Below, piece after piece: positions 9,570 through 18,030 of a DNA stretch of 64,000 bases. Below the pieces are notes generated by a model that was not told the DNA's origin, searched no databases, and was given only the letters and a program-made list of their open reading frames with translations. Numbering within the stretch: position 1 is the first letter of the stretch; the number at the start of each line of letters is the position of its first letter. Made by a program: the position numbers and the translations under genes. This DNA comes from an uncultured Pseudomonadota bacterium (GTDB lineage Bacteria > Pseudomonadota > Gammaproteobacteria > Burkholderiales > Burkholderiaceae_E): assembly GCA_963844195.1 (NCBI GenBank), contig CAWJNC010000004.1, positions 1,289,589-1,353,588 on the forward strand, written 5' to 3'.

Positions 9570-10883
9570 ATGACAAACGTACCAAACGAGCGGCGCGGCC
9601 TCTCGGAGCCGGACACCGAGTCGGTTGACTCCAGGCCATGGGCCGATACTTCTCGAAGGCGTTTTCTCCGCCAGTCAGGTGCTTTGTTCGGCACGGCGGC
9701 CACTGTCGGTACGCCGGCCGCACTCGCGCAGAGCCAAGGGACAGCGGCGCTAGAGGTGCCGGAATCGATGAAGTCACTTGCGAGGCCGATTGGCGGCGAA
9801 CATGCCTATGGCAAGCCTTCTCCATTCGAAGGCGGCGTTGTTCGCAAGTCCATGGGGAACAACTACAACGCGCTGCAGGTGACTAGAACTCCATTGCAGG
9901 ACCTGGACGGTATCATCACTCCCAATGGGCTCTTTTATGAGCGCCATCACGCCGGGGTACCAGATATCGACCCGTCGCGGCATCGCTTGATGCTGCATGG
10001 CATGGTCAAGACGCCCCTGCTCTTTTCCGTGGACGAACTCCGCCGGTTTCCTTCCGTCTCGCGGATCAATTTTCTGGAATGCTCCGGCAATCCTGTCTAC
10101 ACGAAGCCCTATGCGAAAACGGCAGGTGACCTTGTCGGATTGGTAAGCTGCGTAGAGTGGACTGGTGTGCCTCTCAAGACCTTGTTCGAAGAGGCGGAGT
10201 TGCTTTCGGGAGCAGCGTGGGTCATTGCGGAAGGCGCAGACGGCTCGGGTCATACGAGGAGTATTCCGCTCGACAAGTGTCTCGAGGACACCCTGATCGC
10301 CTATAGCCAGAACGGCGAACGGTTGCGGCCGGAGCAGGGCTACCCAATCCGCCTGCTCGTCCCCGGCTACGAGGGCAACATGAGCGTCAAATGGCTAAGG
10401 CGCCTTAAGGTAGTGGACGCCCCCGTTCACTCACGGCAGGAAACGTCCAAGTACACCGATCTGCTCCCGGACGGGAAGGCAAGGGAGTTCACGTTCTTCA
10501 TGGAGGCAAAGTCGATTATCACGAGACCCTCCGGCGGACAACGGATCCCCTCTCCGGGATTCGTCGAAATCTCCGGGATCGCCTGGAGCGGGCGTGGCAA
10601 GATAATCAAGGTCGACGTGTCGGTCGATGGCGGACGGAACTGGCATCCTTCGGCGCTACAGGAACCCGTCTTCACCCGCGCACTCACGCGTTTTCGGTAC
10701 CCGTGGAAGTGGGATGGCCGACCGACCATAATCCAAAGTCGTGCAATGGACGAAACCGGCTACGTGCAGCCAAGTTTCGCGGAGCTGTTAGCGGAACGTG
10801 GAGACCAGGGGGTCTATCACAACAATGCGGTTCAGCCCTGGCGCGTCGCGGAGAACGGGGAGATCACGAATGCGAACAGTTAG
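9570..10883 (+). CDS. sorA: sulfite dehydrogenase molybdopterin subunit (SorA-type, sulfite-oxidase family), Tat-exported
   Basis: Track ORF 8904..10883 is over-extended. ATG 9570 is preceded by ggggagag. The Tat signal is SRRRFLRQSGALFGTAATVGTPAALAQ. Family blocks are present: NGLFYERHHAGVPDIDP, FLECSGN (Mo-ligand Cys motif C-[AS]-G-N), GYPIRLLVPGYEGNMSVKWLRRL, and a C-terminal dimerisation domain. It is followed by an overlapping cytochrome c gene, as in sorAB. Confidence 0.8.
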   Translation: MTNVPNERRGLSEPDTESVDSRPWADTSRRRFLRQSGALFGTAATVGTPAALAQSQGTAALEVPESMKSLARPIGGEHAYGKPSPFEGGVVRKSMGNNYNALQVTRTPLQDLDGIITPNGLFYERHHAGVPDIDPSRHRLMLHGMVKTPLLFSVDELRRFPSVSRINFLECSGNPVYTKPYAKTAGDLVGLVSCVEWTGVPLKTLFEEAELLSGAAWVIAEGADGSGHTRSIPLDKCLEDTLIAYSQNGERLRPEQGYPIRLLVPGYEGNMSVKWLRRLKVVDAPVHSRQETSKYTDLLPDGKAREFTFFMEAKSIITRPSGGQRIPSPGFVEISGIAWSGRGKIIKVDVSVDGGRNWHPSALQEPVFTRALTRFRYPWKWDGRPTIIQSRAMDETGYVQPSFAELLAERGDQGVYHNNAVQPWRVAENGEITNANS

Positions 10884-11457
10884 CTTCGGAGCCATCCTCG
10901 GCGCGACAGCCTTGGCCCCCACTCTCGTCGTACTGCCAGCAACCGCGCAGACGCGGTATGAGTTAGGGCGAGTGGCAACCCCAGCCGAGATCGCCGCCTG
11001 GGACATCGACGTTGCGGGGGACGGCCGCAATCTTCCGGCTGGGCAGGGGACCGTGCAGCAGGGAAAGCAGATCTATGAGACTCGCTGTGCTCATTGCCAC
11101 GGCATGAAGGGGGAAGGTGGGGCCGGCGGGCAGCTAGGTGGTGGTGCACTTGCCGGCGGACAAGGGACCCTCAACACCCCAAAGCCTCTCCGAACCGTCG
11201 GTAGTTATTGGCCCTATGCGCCCACGGTGTTCGACTTCGTCCGCCGTGCGATGCCGCTCGACTCTCCCCAGTCGCTCCCCGATCCTGAGGTCTACGCCGT
11301 CACTGGTTATGTGCTGTTCCTCAACGGTCTCGTCTCGGAGAGCGCCACCATCGATGCCGGCACGCTTTCGTCCTTGCGAATGCCAAACCGTGGCGGTTTC
11401 GTTTCGGATCCGCGTCCAGACGTTCGGAAGGCGGTTTGCATGAAGGACTGCAATTGA
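10870..11457 (+). CDS. sorB: monohaem cytochrome c subunit of sulfite dehydrogenase (SorB-type)
   Basis: Track ORF 10798..11457. ATG 10870 overlaps the sorA 3-prime end by 14 nt. The signal peptide is MRTVSFGAILGATALAPTLVVLPATAQ. There is a single haem motif CAHCH (YETRCAHCHGMKGEG). Confidence 0.75.
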   Translation: MRTVSFGAILGATALAPTLVVLPATAQTRYELGRVATPAEIAAWDIDVAGDGRNLPAGQGTVQQGKQIYETRCAHCHGMKGEGGAGGQLGGGALAGGQGTLNTPKPLRTVGSYWPYAPTVFDFVRRAMPLDSPQSLPDPEVYAVTGYVLFLNGLVSESATIDAGTLSSLRMPNRGGFVSDPRPDVRKAVCMKDCN

Positions 11458-11466
11458 TGTCGGCAG

Positions 11467-11755
11467 ATGAGCAAGCTGCTCCAAGAATTCCGGGACCACA
11501 CCCGTTCTGGCGTTTACCGCACGACGCGAACGGACGAGATCCGCGATTCGGTACGGGGTAGCGATGTCCGCGGGTCGCGCACGTGGCACTGTCTCGTCCT
11601 GAGGCGATTTTGCGGACTTCGCGACCGCACTAGGAATGTCGGCTTCCGAGGGACACGGTGCCACCGTGGAGGAACTGCTTTCAAGCCTTCCGGGCGAACC
11701 GCATGTCTTGCTTAATCGCGCAGGGGCAGAGCATGTGAGCATGTGGCCCGTCTGA
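11467..11755 (+). pseudogene. possible barstar-family (RNase inhibitor) remnant, frameshifted with an internal stop
   Basis: The N-terminus MSKLLQEFRDHTRSGVYRTTRTDEIRDSV resembles the xxAGVY(R/H)L start of proteobacterial barstar-family proteins as I recall them. A second frame gives GDFADFATALGMSASEGHGATVEELLSSLPGEPHVLLNRAGAEHVSMWPV stop (11753-11755). That matches the F..fA.aLgFP....N.DAL.D.L..L...g.vLl pattern loosely. No cognate RNase gene is adjacent. Confidence 0.3.
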
Positions 11756-12497
11756 GGGATGTCCTTTGGGCGTGGCAAGGCAAAGAGCCAACCTCCGGCA
11801 AGCATCATTCTTCGCGGTCTTCATCGATCCGACGAGAAGCATGTCACTTTCGATCTTTTCCCGCGGAGCGTAGTTGCGGCTGAGCGAGCCTCCGGCCCCT
11901 AAGGACCAGGGCTTGAGGGGCCGCCTCAGCGCCGCACTATCCTGTGCCGTCGACTCCAACTCTATCCGTTCCACATAGGGCGCCACCGCTAGCCGCCAAG
12001 CTGGACCGGCAAAGTAGCGCTTAGACGCCTTCACCTTCGGCAACGTCGCCATCACTTCGGTCCAGCGGATGGTCCGCCATATGCCTGCCATCATGATGCC
12101 GGCCACGTGACGTCCTGACGTCCGGCCAGGTGATCCACTCGTGCGTCGAGATACCGCTCCAGATGCCCAAGCCAGCGGCTGCCGAACCTGTGCACTTTCG
12201 TTGCACCTCATGCGGCTTGAAAAGACGCAGTCATGTTAGCGATGCGCGGACCCTATCGCGGCCGTCCTTTAGCCGGCCGCAGCAGCGGATTTCCCAATCC
12301 GTGGGTGCCGAGTCCGCGTGGCCGGCCGTCGAAGCTCTCGTGGCGGGGATTGCGAAAGGAGTCGGCAGCCCCTCGCGTCGCCCTAGCGCCCGGCACAAGC
12401 CGCAAGAACCATGACATGACGCCGGCACCCAATCGGTTCGTTCTTCTTTGGGTATCAGCTGACGCTGGACACGCTGCTCACGGACGTCGATGAACGG

Positions 12498-12527
12498 TTG
12501 ACATCGCTCCTAAAAGGGCGCCATACT
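12498..12527 (+). promoter_or_regulatory. putative sigma70 promoter of the GntR-headed operon
   Basis: A perfect -35 TTGACA (12498-12503), an 18-nt spacer and a -10-like CATACT (12522-12527). It lies about 95 nt upstream of the GntR ATG. The operator palindromes start at its 3-prime edge. Confidence 0.5.
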
Positions 12528-12552
12528 GGTCTGACCAAACTGGTCGGACCAG
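12527..12552. promoter_or_regulatory. two tandem GntR/FadR-type operator palindromes
   Basis: TGGTCTGACCA (12527-12537) and cTGGTCGGACCAg (12540-12552). Both are perfect inverted repeats and perfect matches to the GntR-family consensus TNGTNNNACNA. Their centres are 14 bp apart and they overlap the -10/+1 region of the promoter above. Confidence 0.65.
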
Positions 12553-12620
12553 TGCTTTGCGTGACTGTAACTTCCCTTAGATATCGACATGCAACCTCGC
12601 CCTGAAAGACCCAGAGGAAG

Positions 12621-13415
12621 ATGACGCCTACATTGGACTCGCTCGGTGACGCTCGCCCAAGTGGACTTGATGGCAACAGATCCTCGACTTTAACCACCCA
12701 AAACTTGTTGTCGAGGTTGCTGCCATTCCTCCGTGAGCGACGCTTTCAGCCTGGGGATCGTCTGCCTTCTGAAAGGGATCTGGCACAGCGATTCGAAGTG
12801 TCCCGAGGCAATGTTCGAGAGGCGATGGCGGTTCTCGAAACCCATCGTTTGGTTGAATGCCGGCCACAGTCTGGGGTGTTCTTGAGGGCGGGGCACCGCG
12901 ACGCAGGGCTCGACGTAATGCTTCTCGAGCAAGATGCTGGTTTGCCGCTGACCGCGGCAGATGTGCGCGACCTGTACGAGTTCCGGCAGATGCTGGAGGT
13001 CCGTGCGGTCGAAATGGCCGCTGTCAGGCGTACGTCGCAGGATATCTCGCGAATTGACGATATCCTGCGCACCAGCGAGGACCGCTTGAAGCGCGGGCTA
13101 TCCCTCGCTGATCAAGATGCACAGTTTCACTTGGCCGTGATCGAGGCGGGGCACAATCAACTCCTTGTGCGTGCCGCCAACTGGTTTTACCTCCTGTCGG
13201 GGGAGCGACGACAGCATTACTTCGCGAAGGCTGCTCACGCCAGGCGTTCCCTGGGCGAGCACATTGCCTTACGCGACGCGATACGGGACGGCGCTCGCGA
13301 ACGAGCCGAGGCCCTGATGAAAGCTCACTTGAAGGGGCTCGAGCGCTACTGGTTGGACACGCTTAGAACTTCCCGCAGAGGTAGCGCTGGTAGAGAGGAA
13401 CCGGAGGAGGAATGA
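12621..13415 (+). CDS. GntR-family (FadR/FCD subfamily) transcriptional regulator
   Basis: Intact 264-aa ORF. The wHTH is RFQPGDRLPSERDLAQRFEVSRGNVREAMAVLETHRLVECRPQSGVFL. The C-terminal all-helical FCD-like domain reads (FHLAVIEAGHNQLL...HIALRDAIRDGARERAEALMKAHL). Confidence 0.85.
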   Translation: MTPTLDSLGDARPSGLDGNRSSTLTTQNLLSRLLPFLRERRFQPGDRLPSERDLAQRFEVSRGNVREAMAVLETHRLVECRPQSGVFLRAGHRDAGLDVMLLEQDAGLPLTAADVRDLYEFRQMLEVRAVEMAAVRRTSQDISRIDDILRTSEDRLKRGLSLADQDAQFHLAVIEAGHNQLLVRAANWFYLLSGERRQHYFAKAAHARRSLGEHIALRDAIRDGARERAEALMKAHLKGLERYWLDTLRTSRRGSAGREEPEEE

Positions 13416-14407
13416 CAGGTCCGTGCGTCGTGCTGACCGACCCATTAGATTCGATGTCGATGGAGGAGCTTTCGAGGGGGGCGGATGTGCGCCTAATAGC
13501 GCATACCTCTGCCGCCTCGATCCGGGACGCCGTCACCGATGCCGACGCGATCATCGTTCGCGCGCCATTGCCGGCAGATATCTTCGATCATTCCCCGTTT
13601 CTGGTGGGCGTGGTTCGTCATGGCGCCGGGCTCGACATGATCCCTGTTGCGGCCGCGACTGCTGCAGGCGTCATGGTGGCGAATGTGCCCGGCGCTAATG
13701 CCGATACCGTAGCTGAGTATGTCATCGCGCAAATGCTGCAGCTATCGCGTCGATTGTGTCATGTCGACGCACTGCTGCGCGGAGATGGCTGGCGGTCAGC
13801 ACGTGTTTTCGGTGAGGCTGGCAGCGATCTCGGCGGCCAAACACTTGGTCTCGTTGGCACGGGGGCGATTGGAGCTGCGCTCGCCAAGGTGGCCGGTAAG
13901 GGATTTGGCATGACTGTGCTCGGCTACCGGCGATCTGAGCAGCCGCCTCCCGATCCGATTCGGCGCGCCTCGCTCGACGAAGTCTTCGCGCGATCCGACT
14001 TTCTGGTGCTGGCTTGCCCGCTAACTGCGGAGACTCGCGGGTTGGTTAACGCAGCTCGCCTTGCGACAATGAAGCGGGGCTCTGTCCTCATCAATGTTGC
14101 CCGCGGCCCAATCGTCGATCAGCAAGCACTTGTCGACTCGCTCGCGCGCCGGCATTTAGGCGGTGCTGTCCTGGATGTCTTCGAGGTCCAGCCGCTACCG
14201 CTGGATTCGCCCCTGCGAGGCTTCGACCGTGTACTGCTAACGCCGCATCTAGCAGGCATCACAGTCGACAGCATGCGCCGCATCGGACGTCTCGCTGTAT
14301 CGCAGGCGTTGGATCTGATTGCGGGCCGCCGCCCGCAGCACTTGGTTAATCCCGAGGTCTGGTTACGCCGCCGGCCCGGCCGCTTCACAACAAAGGAGAC
14401 AACGTGA
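13412..14407 (+). CDS. D-isomer-specific 2-hydroxyacid dehydrogenase family protein
   Basis: Intact 331-aa ORF, with an ATGA overlap with the GntR stop. The NAD motif is GLVGTGAIGAALAK. The catalytic-region pattern is INVARGPIVDQQALVDSL...AVLDVFEVQPLP...LTPHLAG. Confidence 0.85.
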   Translation: MTGPCVVLTDPLDSMSMEELSRGADVRLIAHTSAASIRDAVTDADAIIVRAPLPADIFDHSPFLVGVVRHGAGLDMIPVAAATAAGVMVANVPGANADTVAEYVIAQMLQLSRRLCHVDALLRGDGWRSARVFGEAGSDLGGQTLGLVGTGAIGAALAKVAGKGFGMTVLGYRRSEQPPPDPIRRASLDEVFARSDFLVLACPLTAETRGLVNAARLATMKRGSVLINVARGPIVDQQALVDSLARRHLGGAVLDVFEVQPLPLDSPLRGFDRVLLTPHLAGITVDSMRRIGRLAVSQALDLIAGRRPQHLVNPEVWLRRRPGRFTTKETT

Positions 14408-15393
14408 CCTCAAGACTTGTATTGCTGCGCCAGGCTGCCAAGATGCTCGCTGGATTAACGATTCTTGCCCTTGCACCGACAACGTCGGCGCAAACATACC
14501 CCGATAAGCCGATCCGTATGATCGTTCCATACGCCGCCGGAGGGGCTGTGGGAGTATTGGCGCGTCAGGTTGGCGAGAAGCTGACCGAGCGTTGGGGGCA
14601 ACCAGTCGTGGTCGACAATCGGCCGGGCGGCGGCACGATCATCGGCGTGGAGGCGGTTGCGCGCGCCGCCCCCGACGGGTACACGCTGGCTGTAGTGGCC
14701 AGCACCCATGTGACACTGCCGCTGCTTTACGAGAAAGTTCCTTTCGACCCTATCGCTGACTTCTCGGCGGTGACTCCACTCGCCAGCGGAGAGCAGGTGC
14801 TGCTGGTTCATCCAGAAGTTCCCGCGAATGATCTCAAGACATTCATCGAGTGGGCGAAGGCTAAGCCGAAGCAGCTTAACTACGCCTCCTCTGGCGGTGG
14901 CAGTCCTACTAACTTGGCAGGGGAGCAGTTCAAACTTCTAACCGGCCTCGATATCCAGCATATCCCCTACAAAGGAGCGGCGCCGGCCATCACGGACTTG
15001 ATAGGCGGGCAGGTCCACCTGTCATTTCAGAACCTGGCAGTGGCTCTACCACACATCAAAAGCGGCAAGGTGCGTGCTCTCGCTATTTCTGGAAGCGATC
15101 GCTCCAATGCCCTACCTGAGGTCCCGACGTTCGAGGAGGCCGGGGTAAAGGGCTTCGATGCGAGGTTCTGGTTCGGTGTATTGGCACCGAAAGGCACCCC
15201 AAGATCGATCGTCGCGCAGTTGGCGGCTGAACTTGGGAAGGCGGTCAACAGCCCCGAATTGAAGCCAATACTGGTCGGTCAAGGCCTCGATCCCTACGCG
15301 AGCACGCCGGAGGAGTTCACGGCGCAGCTTGCCAAGGATCGCGATAACTATGCCGAAGTTATCAAGGCCGGCAACATTCAAATCGGGAACTGA
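14404..15393 (+). CDS. Bug/TctC-family substrate-binding protein
   Basis: GTG start at 14404 overlaps the upstream stop, with AAGGAG 6 nt upstream. After a signal peptide comes YPDKPIRMIVPYAAGGAVGVLARQ. Length is 329 aa. Confidence 0.85.
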   Translation: MTSRLVLLRQAAKMLAGLTILALAPTTSAQTYPDKPIRMIVPYAAGGAVGVLARQVGEKLTERWGQPVVVDNRPGGGTIIGVEAVARAAPDGYTLAVVASTHVTLPLLYEKVPFDPIADFSAVTPLASGEQVLLVHPEVPANDLKTFIEWAKAKPKQLNYASSGGGSPTNLAGEQFKLLTGLDIQHIPYKGAAPAITDLIGGQVHLSFQNLAVALPHIKSGKVRALAISGSDRSNALPEVPTFEEAGVKGFDARFWFGVLAPKGTPRSIVAQLAAELGKAVNSPELKPILVGQGLDPYASTPEEFTAQLAKDRDNYAEVIKAGNIQIGN

Positions 15394-15404
15394 GGAGCGG
15401 CGCC

Positions 15405-15725
15405 ATGCTGGTCGACCATCGAACCTACACCCTGCATCCAGGTGCTGTCGCCGAGTACTTCAGGCTTTATGAAGCGGAAGGTCTCGCAACCCAACGCAAG
15501 CATCTAGTCAACATGATTGGCTATTTCGCCTCTGAAAGTGGCCCCTTGAATCAGGTCATCCACTTGTGGGGCTATCGGGATGCAGCTGATCGAGAGCGCC
15601 GCCGCGCCTCGCTGCTGGCGGATCCCGCCTGGCAGGCATACGTGAAGAAGATTCGGCCGCTGATCGTCCGACAGAAGACAAAGCTGCTGGTGCCAGCTTC
15701 TTTTAGCCGGCTCGACCTGGAATGA
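15405..15725 (+). CDS. NIPSNAP-family protein
   Basis: Intact 106-aa ORF: MLVDHRTYTLHPGAVAEYFRLYEAEGLATQRKHL...VIHLWGYRDAADRERRRASLLADPAWQAYV. This is the typical NIPSNAP dimeric alpha-beta barrel pattern. Confidence 0.7.
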   Translation: MLVDHRTYTLHPGAVAEYFRLYEAEGLATQRKHLVNMIGYFASESGPLNQVIHLWGYRDAADRERRRASLLADPAWQAYVKKIRPLIVRQKTKLLVPASFSRLDLE

Positions 15726-16897
15726 AGATTCGTACGGTTGTGGCGACCTGGGTCCGCGTACCGATCCCGGAGGAACAGCAGCACGTCAGCGACTTTGGTC
15801 GCATCGCCTCCTTTGACACGGTTGTGGTCAGGATAGAGACTGAGTGCGGCTTGATCGGCTGGGGCGAGGCGAAAGACGAGGTCGGCAGTTCCGTCAACGG
15901 TCATGGACTTGCGGCCTTGATAAACCACAAGTTCGCGCCGCGTTTGATCGGAGAGGACCCCCGTGACATCAATCGGCTCTGGGATGTCATGTACAACGGG
16001 CCTCGCGACCACTATGCACTGAGGGCAGGTCGCGGGTTTCCCATCCTTGGTCGGCGCGGGATCACGGTCTCGGCCATCAGTGGCGTCGACATCGCCCTGT
16101 GGGACCTGCTTGGGAAATCGCTTGGGGCACCAGTCTGGCGGCTACTTGGCGGGCGGCGGTGCGAATCGATCCCGGCGTATGCGTCTGGTGGCTGGGCCGA
16201 CGCCCAAGGTATCGGTCCGCAACTGAACGCGTATGTCCAGCGGGGCGGGTTTCGGGCTGTCAAGATGCGTGTCGGAATCATCGACGGGCCAGTGCAGCGC
16301 TCTGTCGAGCGTGTCCGGGCCGCCCGAGAGGCGCTGGGGCCAGATATTCGACTCATGTGCGACGCACACGGTACATACTCCGTCGCGGAGGCCAAGCGGT
16401 TCTGCCGCCTTGTGGAGGATCTTGATCTCACGTGGTTTGAGGAGCCGGTCACAGCAGACGACCACCGCGGCCTGGCCGAGGTTCGAGCATCAACTTCGGT
16501 GCCGATCGCGATCGGGGAAAGCGAGTTCACGCGATACGACTTTCTCGACGTCGCCCAGCGCGGTGGCGCGGACATCTTTCAGCCAGATCTTGCGATCTGT
16601 GGCGGTATCAGCGAGGGCGTCCGGATTGGCATCATCGCCAGTGCCTTCAACCTGCGGCTCGCTCCCCACTTGTGGACCGGCGCTCTCGCATTCGCCGCAG
16701 GGCTGCACGTGACCGCGACGTCGCCAGCTGGCTTCATCCTGGAGTACTCGCTGGGTGCCAATCCCCTGCTGCACGAGTTGGCGCATGAATCGTTTGTGGT
16801 CAACAACGGCGAAATTGAGGTGCCGGACCGACCCGGCCTAGGTGTGACGGTTGACGAGTCGTTCATTCGGCGCCACGCCGTGCCGCGGCCGAGCTGA
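15722..16897 (+). CDS. enolase-superfamily enzyme (mandelate racemase/muconate lactonizing family; acid-sugar dehydratase-like)
   Basis: Intact 391-aa ORF with an ATGA overlap. The metal-ligand pattern is D (MCDAHG), E (WFEEP), E (IGESE). There is a D...H pair (FQPDLAICGG ... LAPHLW) like the His-Asp dyad of the MR subgroup. Confidence 0.85.
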   Translation: MKIRTVVATWVRVPIPEEQQHVSDFGRIASFDTVVVRIETECGLIGWGEAKDEVGSSVNGHGLAALINHKFAPRLIGEDPRDINRLWDVMYNGPRDHYALRAGRGFPILGRRGITVSAISGVDIALWDLLGKSLGAPVWRLLGGRRCESIPAYASGGWADAQGIGPQLNAYVQRGGFRAVKMRVGIIDGPVQRSVERVRAAREALGPDIRLMCDAHGTYSVAEAKRFCRLVEDLDLTWFEEPVTADDHRGLAEVRASTSVPIAIGESEFTRYDFLDVAQRGGADIFQPDLAICGGISEGVRIGIIASAFNLRLAPHLWTGALAFAAGLHVTATSPAGFILEYSLGANPLLHELAHESFVVNNGEIEVPDRPGLGVTVDESFIRRHAVPRPS

Positions 16898-16950
16898 GGC
16901 AAGCTGGCCGTGCGGGGGCGAAAAGTTAGGCATAGTTGAAGGAATAGAAC

Positions 16951-17727
16951 ATGCTGGAACTCGGGCTGCAGGGCAAGGTGGCGATTGTTACTGGCGGCAG
17001 TGAGGGGCTTGGCAGGGCGGCAGCGCAACGCTTGGCAGGAGAGGGCGCTTTGGTGGCAATCTTCGCGCGCCGAGCGGAGCGCCTGGAGAAGGCGGCTGAG
17101 GAGATTCGCGCCACAACCGGCGGAGAGGTCATATCGGTTGCTGGTGATGTAACCGATCCTTCCGCTTGCCAGCGTCTCGTTGATGCTGTCCTCGCGCGCT
17201 GGGGGAGGGTAGACATTCTCCTGAACAACGCCGGCGGGGCTCAGGCCTACGGGTTCGAGGATATAGACGACCATGTCTGGCAGGCGGACTGGGAACTCAA
17301 GGTAATGGGCGCTGTTCGGATGACACGCTTGGTAGTTCCGAGCATGCGGCGGCATCAGGACGGCCGGATCGTCAACATCACAACGGTGAACGGCAAGGCG
17401 CCGAAGCCTCGGGTTTTGCCCACATCGGTGACGCGTGCCGCCGGGATCAACTTGACCAAGTCATTAGCAAATCAATACGCCGCGGACAATATCCGCGTGA
17501 ATACGATCTGTATAGGCTTAGTACGAACTCCGCAGATCGATCGATGGGCCAGCACCGACGACTTAGAATCGCACTACAAGTCATTGGCGCAGCAGCGGGT
17601 ACCATTGGGGCGCGTGGCGACACCTGAAGAGTTCGCAGACTTGTTCACTTTTCTCGTGTCAGACAGGGCCAGCTATATCACCGGGGCCGCGATCAACTTT
17701 GACGGTGGCGCCGGAATGACTGTTTAG
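16951..17727 (+). CDS. SDR-family oxidoreductase
   Basis: Intact 258-aa ORF. It has VAIVTGGSEGLGRAAA, the NNAG motif (LLNNAGG) and the C-terminal GAAINFDGG. Confidence 0.85.
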   Translation: MLELGLQGKVAIVTGGSEGLGRAAAQRLAGEGALVAIFARRAERLEKAAEEIRATTGGEVISVAGDVTDPSACQRLVDAVLARWGRVDILLNNAGGAQAYGFEDIDDHVWQADWELKVMGAVRMTRLVVPSMRRHQDGRIVNITTVNGKAPKPRVLPTSVTRAAGINLTKSLANQYAADNIRVNTICIGLVRTPQIDRWASTDDLESHYKSLAQQRVPLGRVATPEEFADLFTFLVSDRASYITGAAINFDGGAGMTV

Positions 17728-18030
17728 GTACTCACATCTTTCGCCAGCCTCACCCAGGCTTTCATATCTGAAGGATGGTGAAAAGTCACTTTGCTGCCCT
17801 GGTTCTCAAGCATGCCGACTTCGATTGTTGCGCTCACTTTGGAGGCGATGTTCGACGAATACAGTTTGGATTGAAAAACAAGCAACCGTGTCATCCAGCG
17901 CCGCGCCTGTAGATTGCGCGACAAAATGCCTGCGCCTCAAGATCCTCACCTGCATTCTCCCTGGACTCGAGAATTGACCCAGAATCACCCACTCGATTTT
18001 TGATGAGCCATACTATTTTTCAGCCATCCC

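Noticed and set aside
11467-12211. A barnase/barstar-type toxin-immunity pair downstream of sorB.
   Set aside because: Only a weak, frameshifted barstar-like reading exists. The overlapping 176-codon reverse ORF shows no RNase (barnase or N1/T1) motifs that I can recognise. No intact pair can be supported, so it is mentioned only as a remnant.
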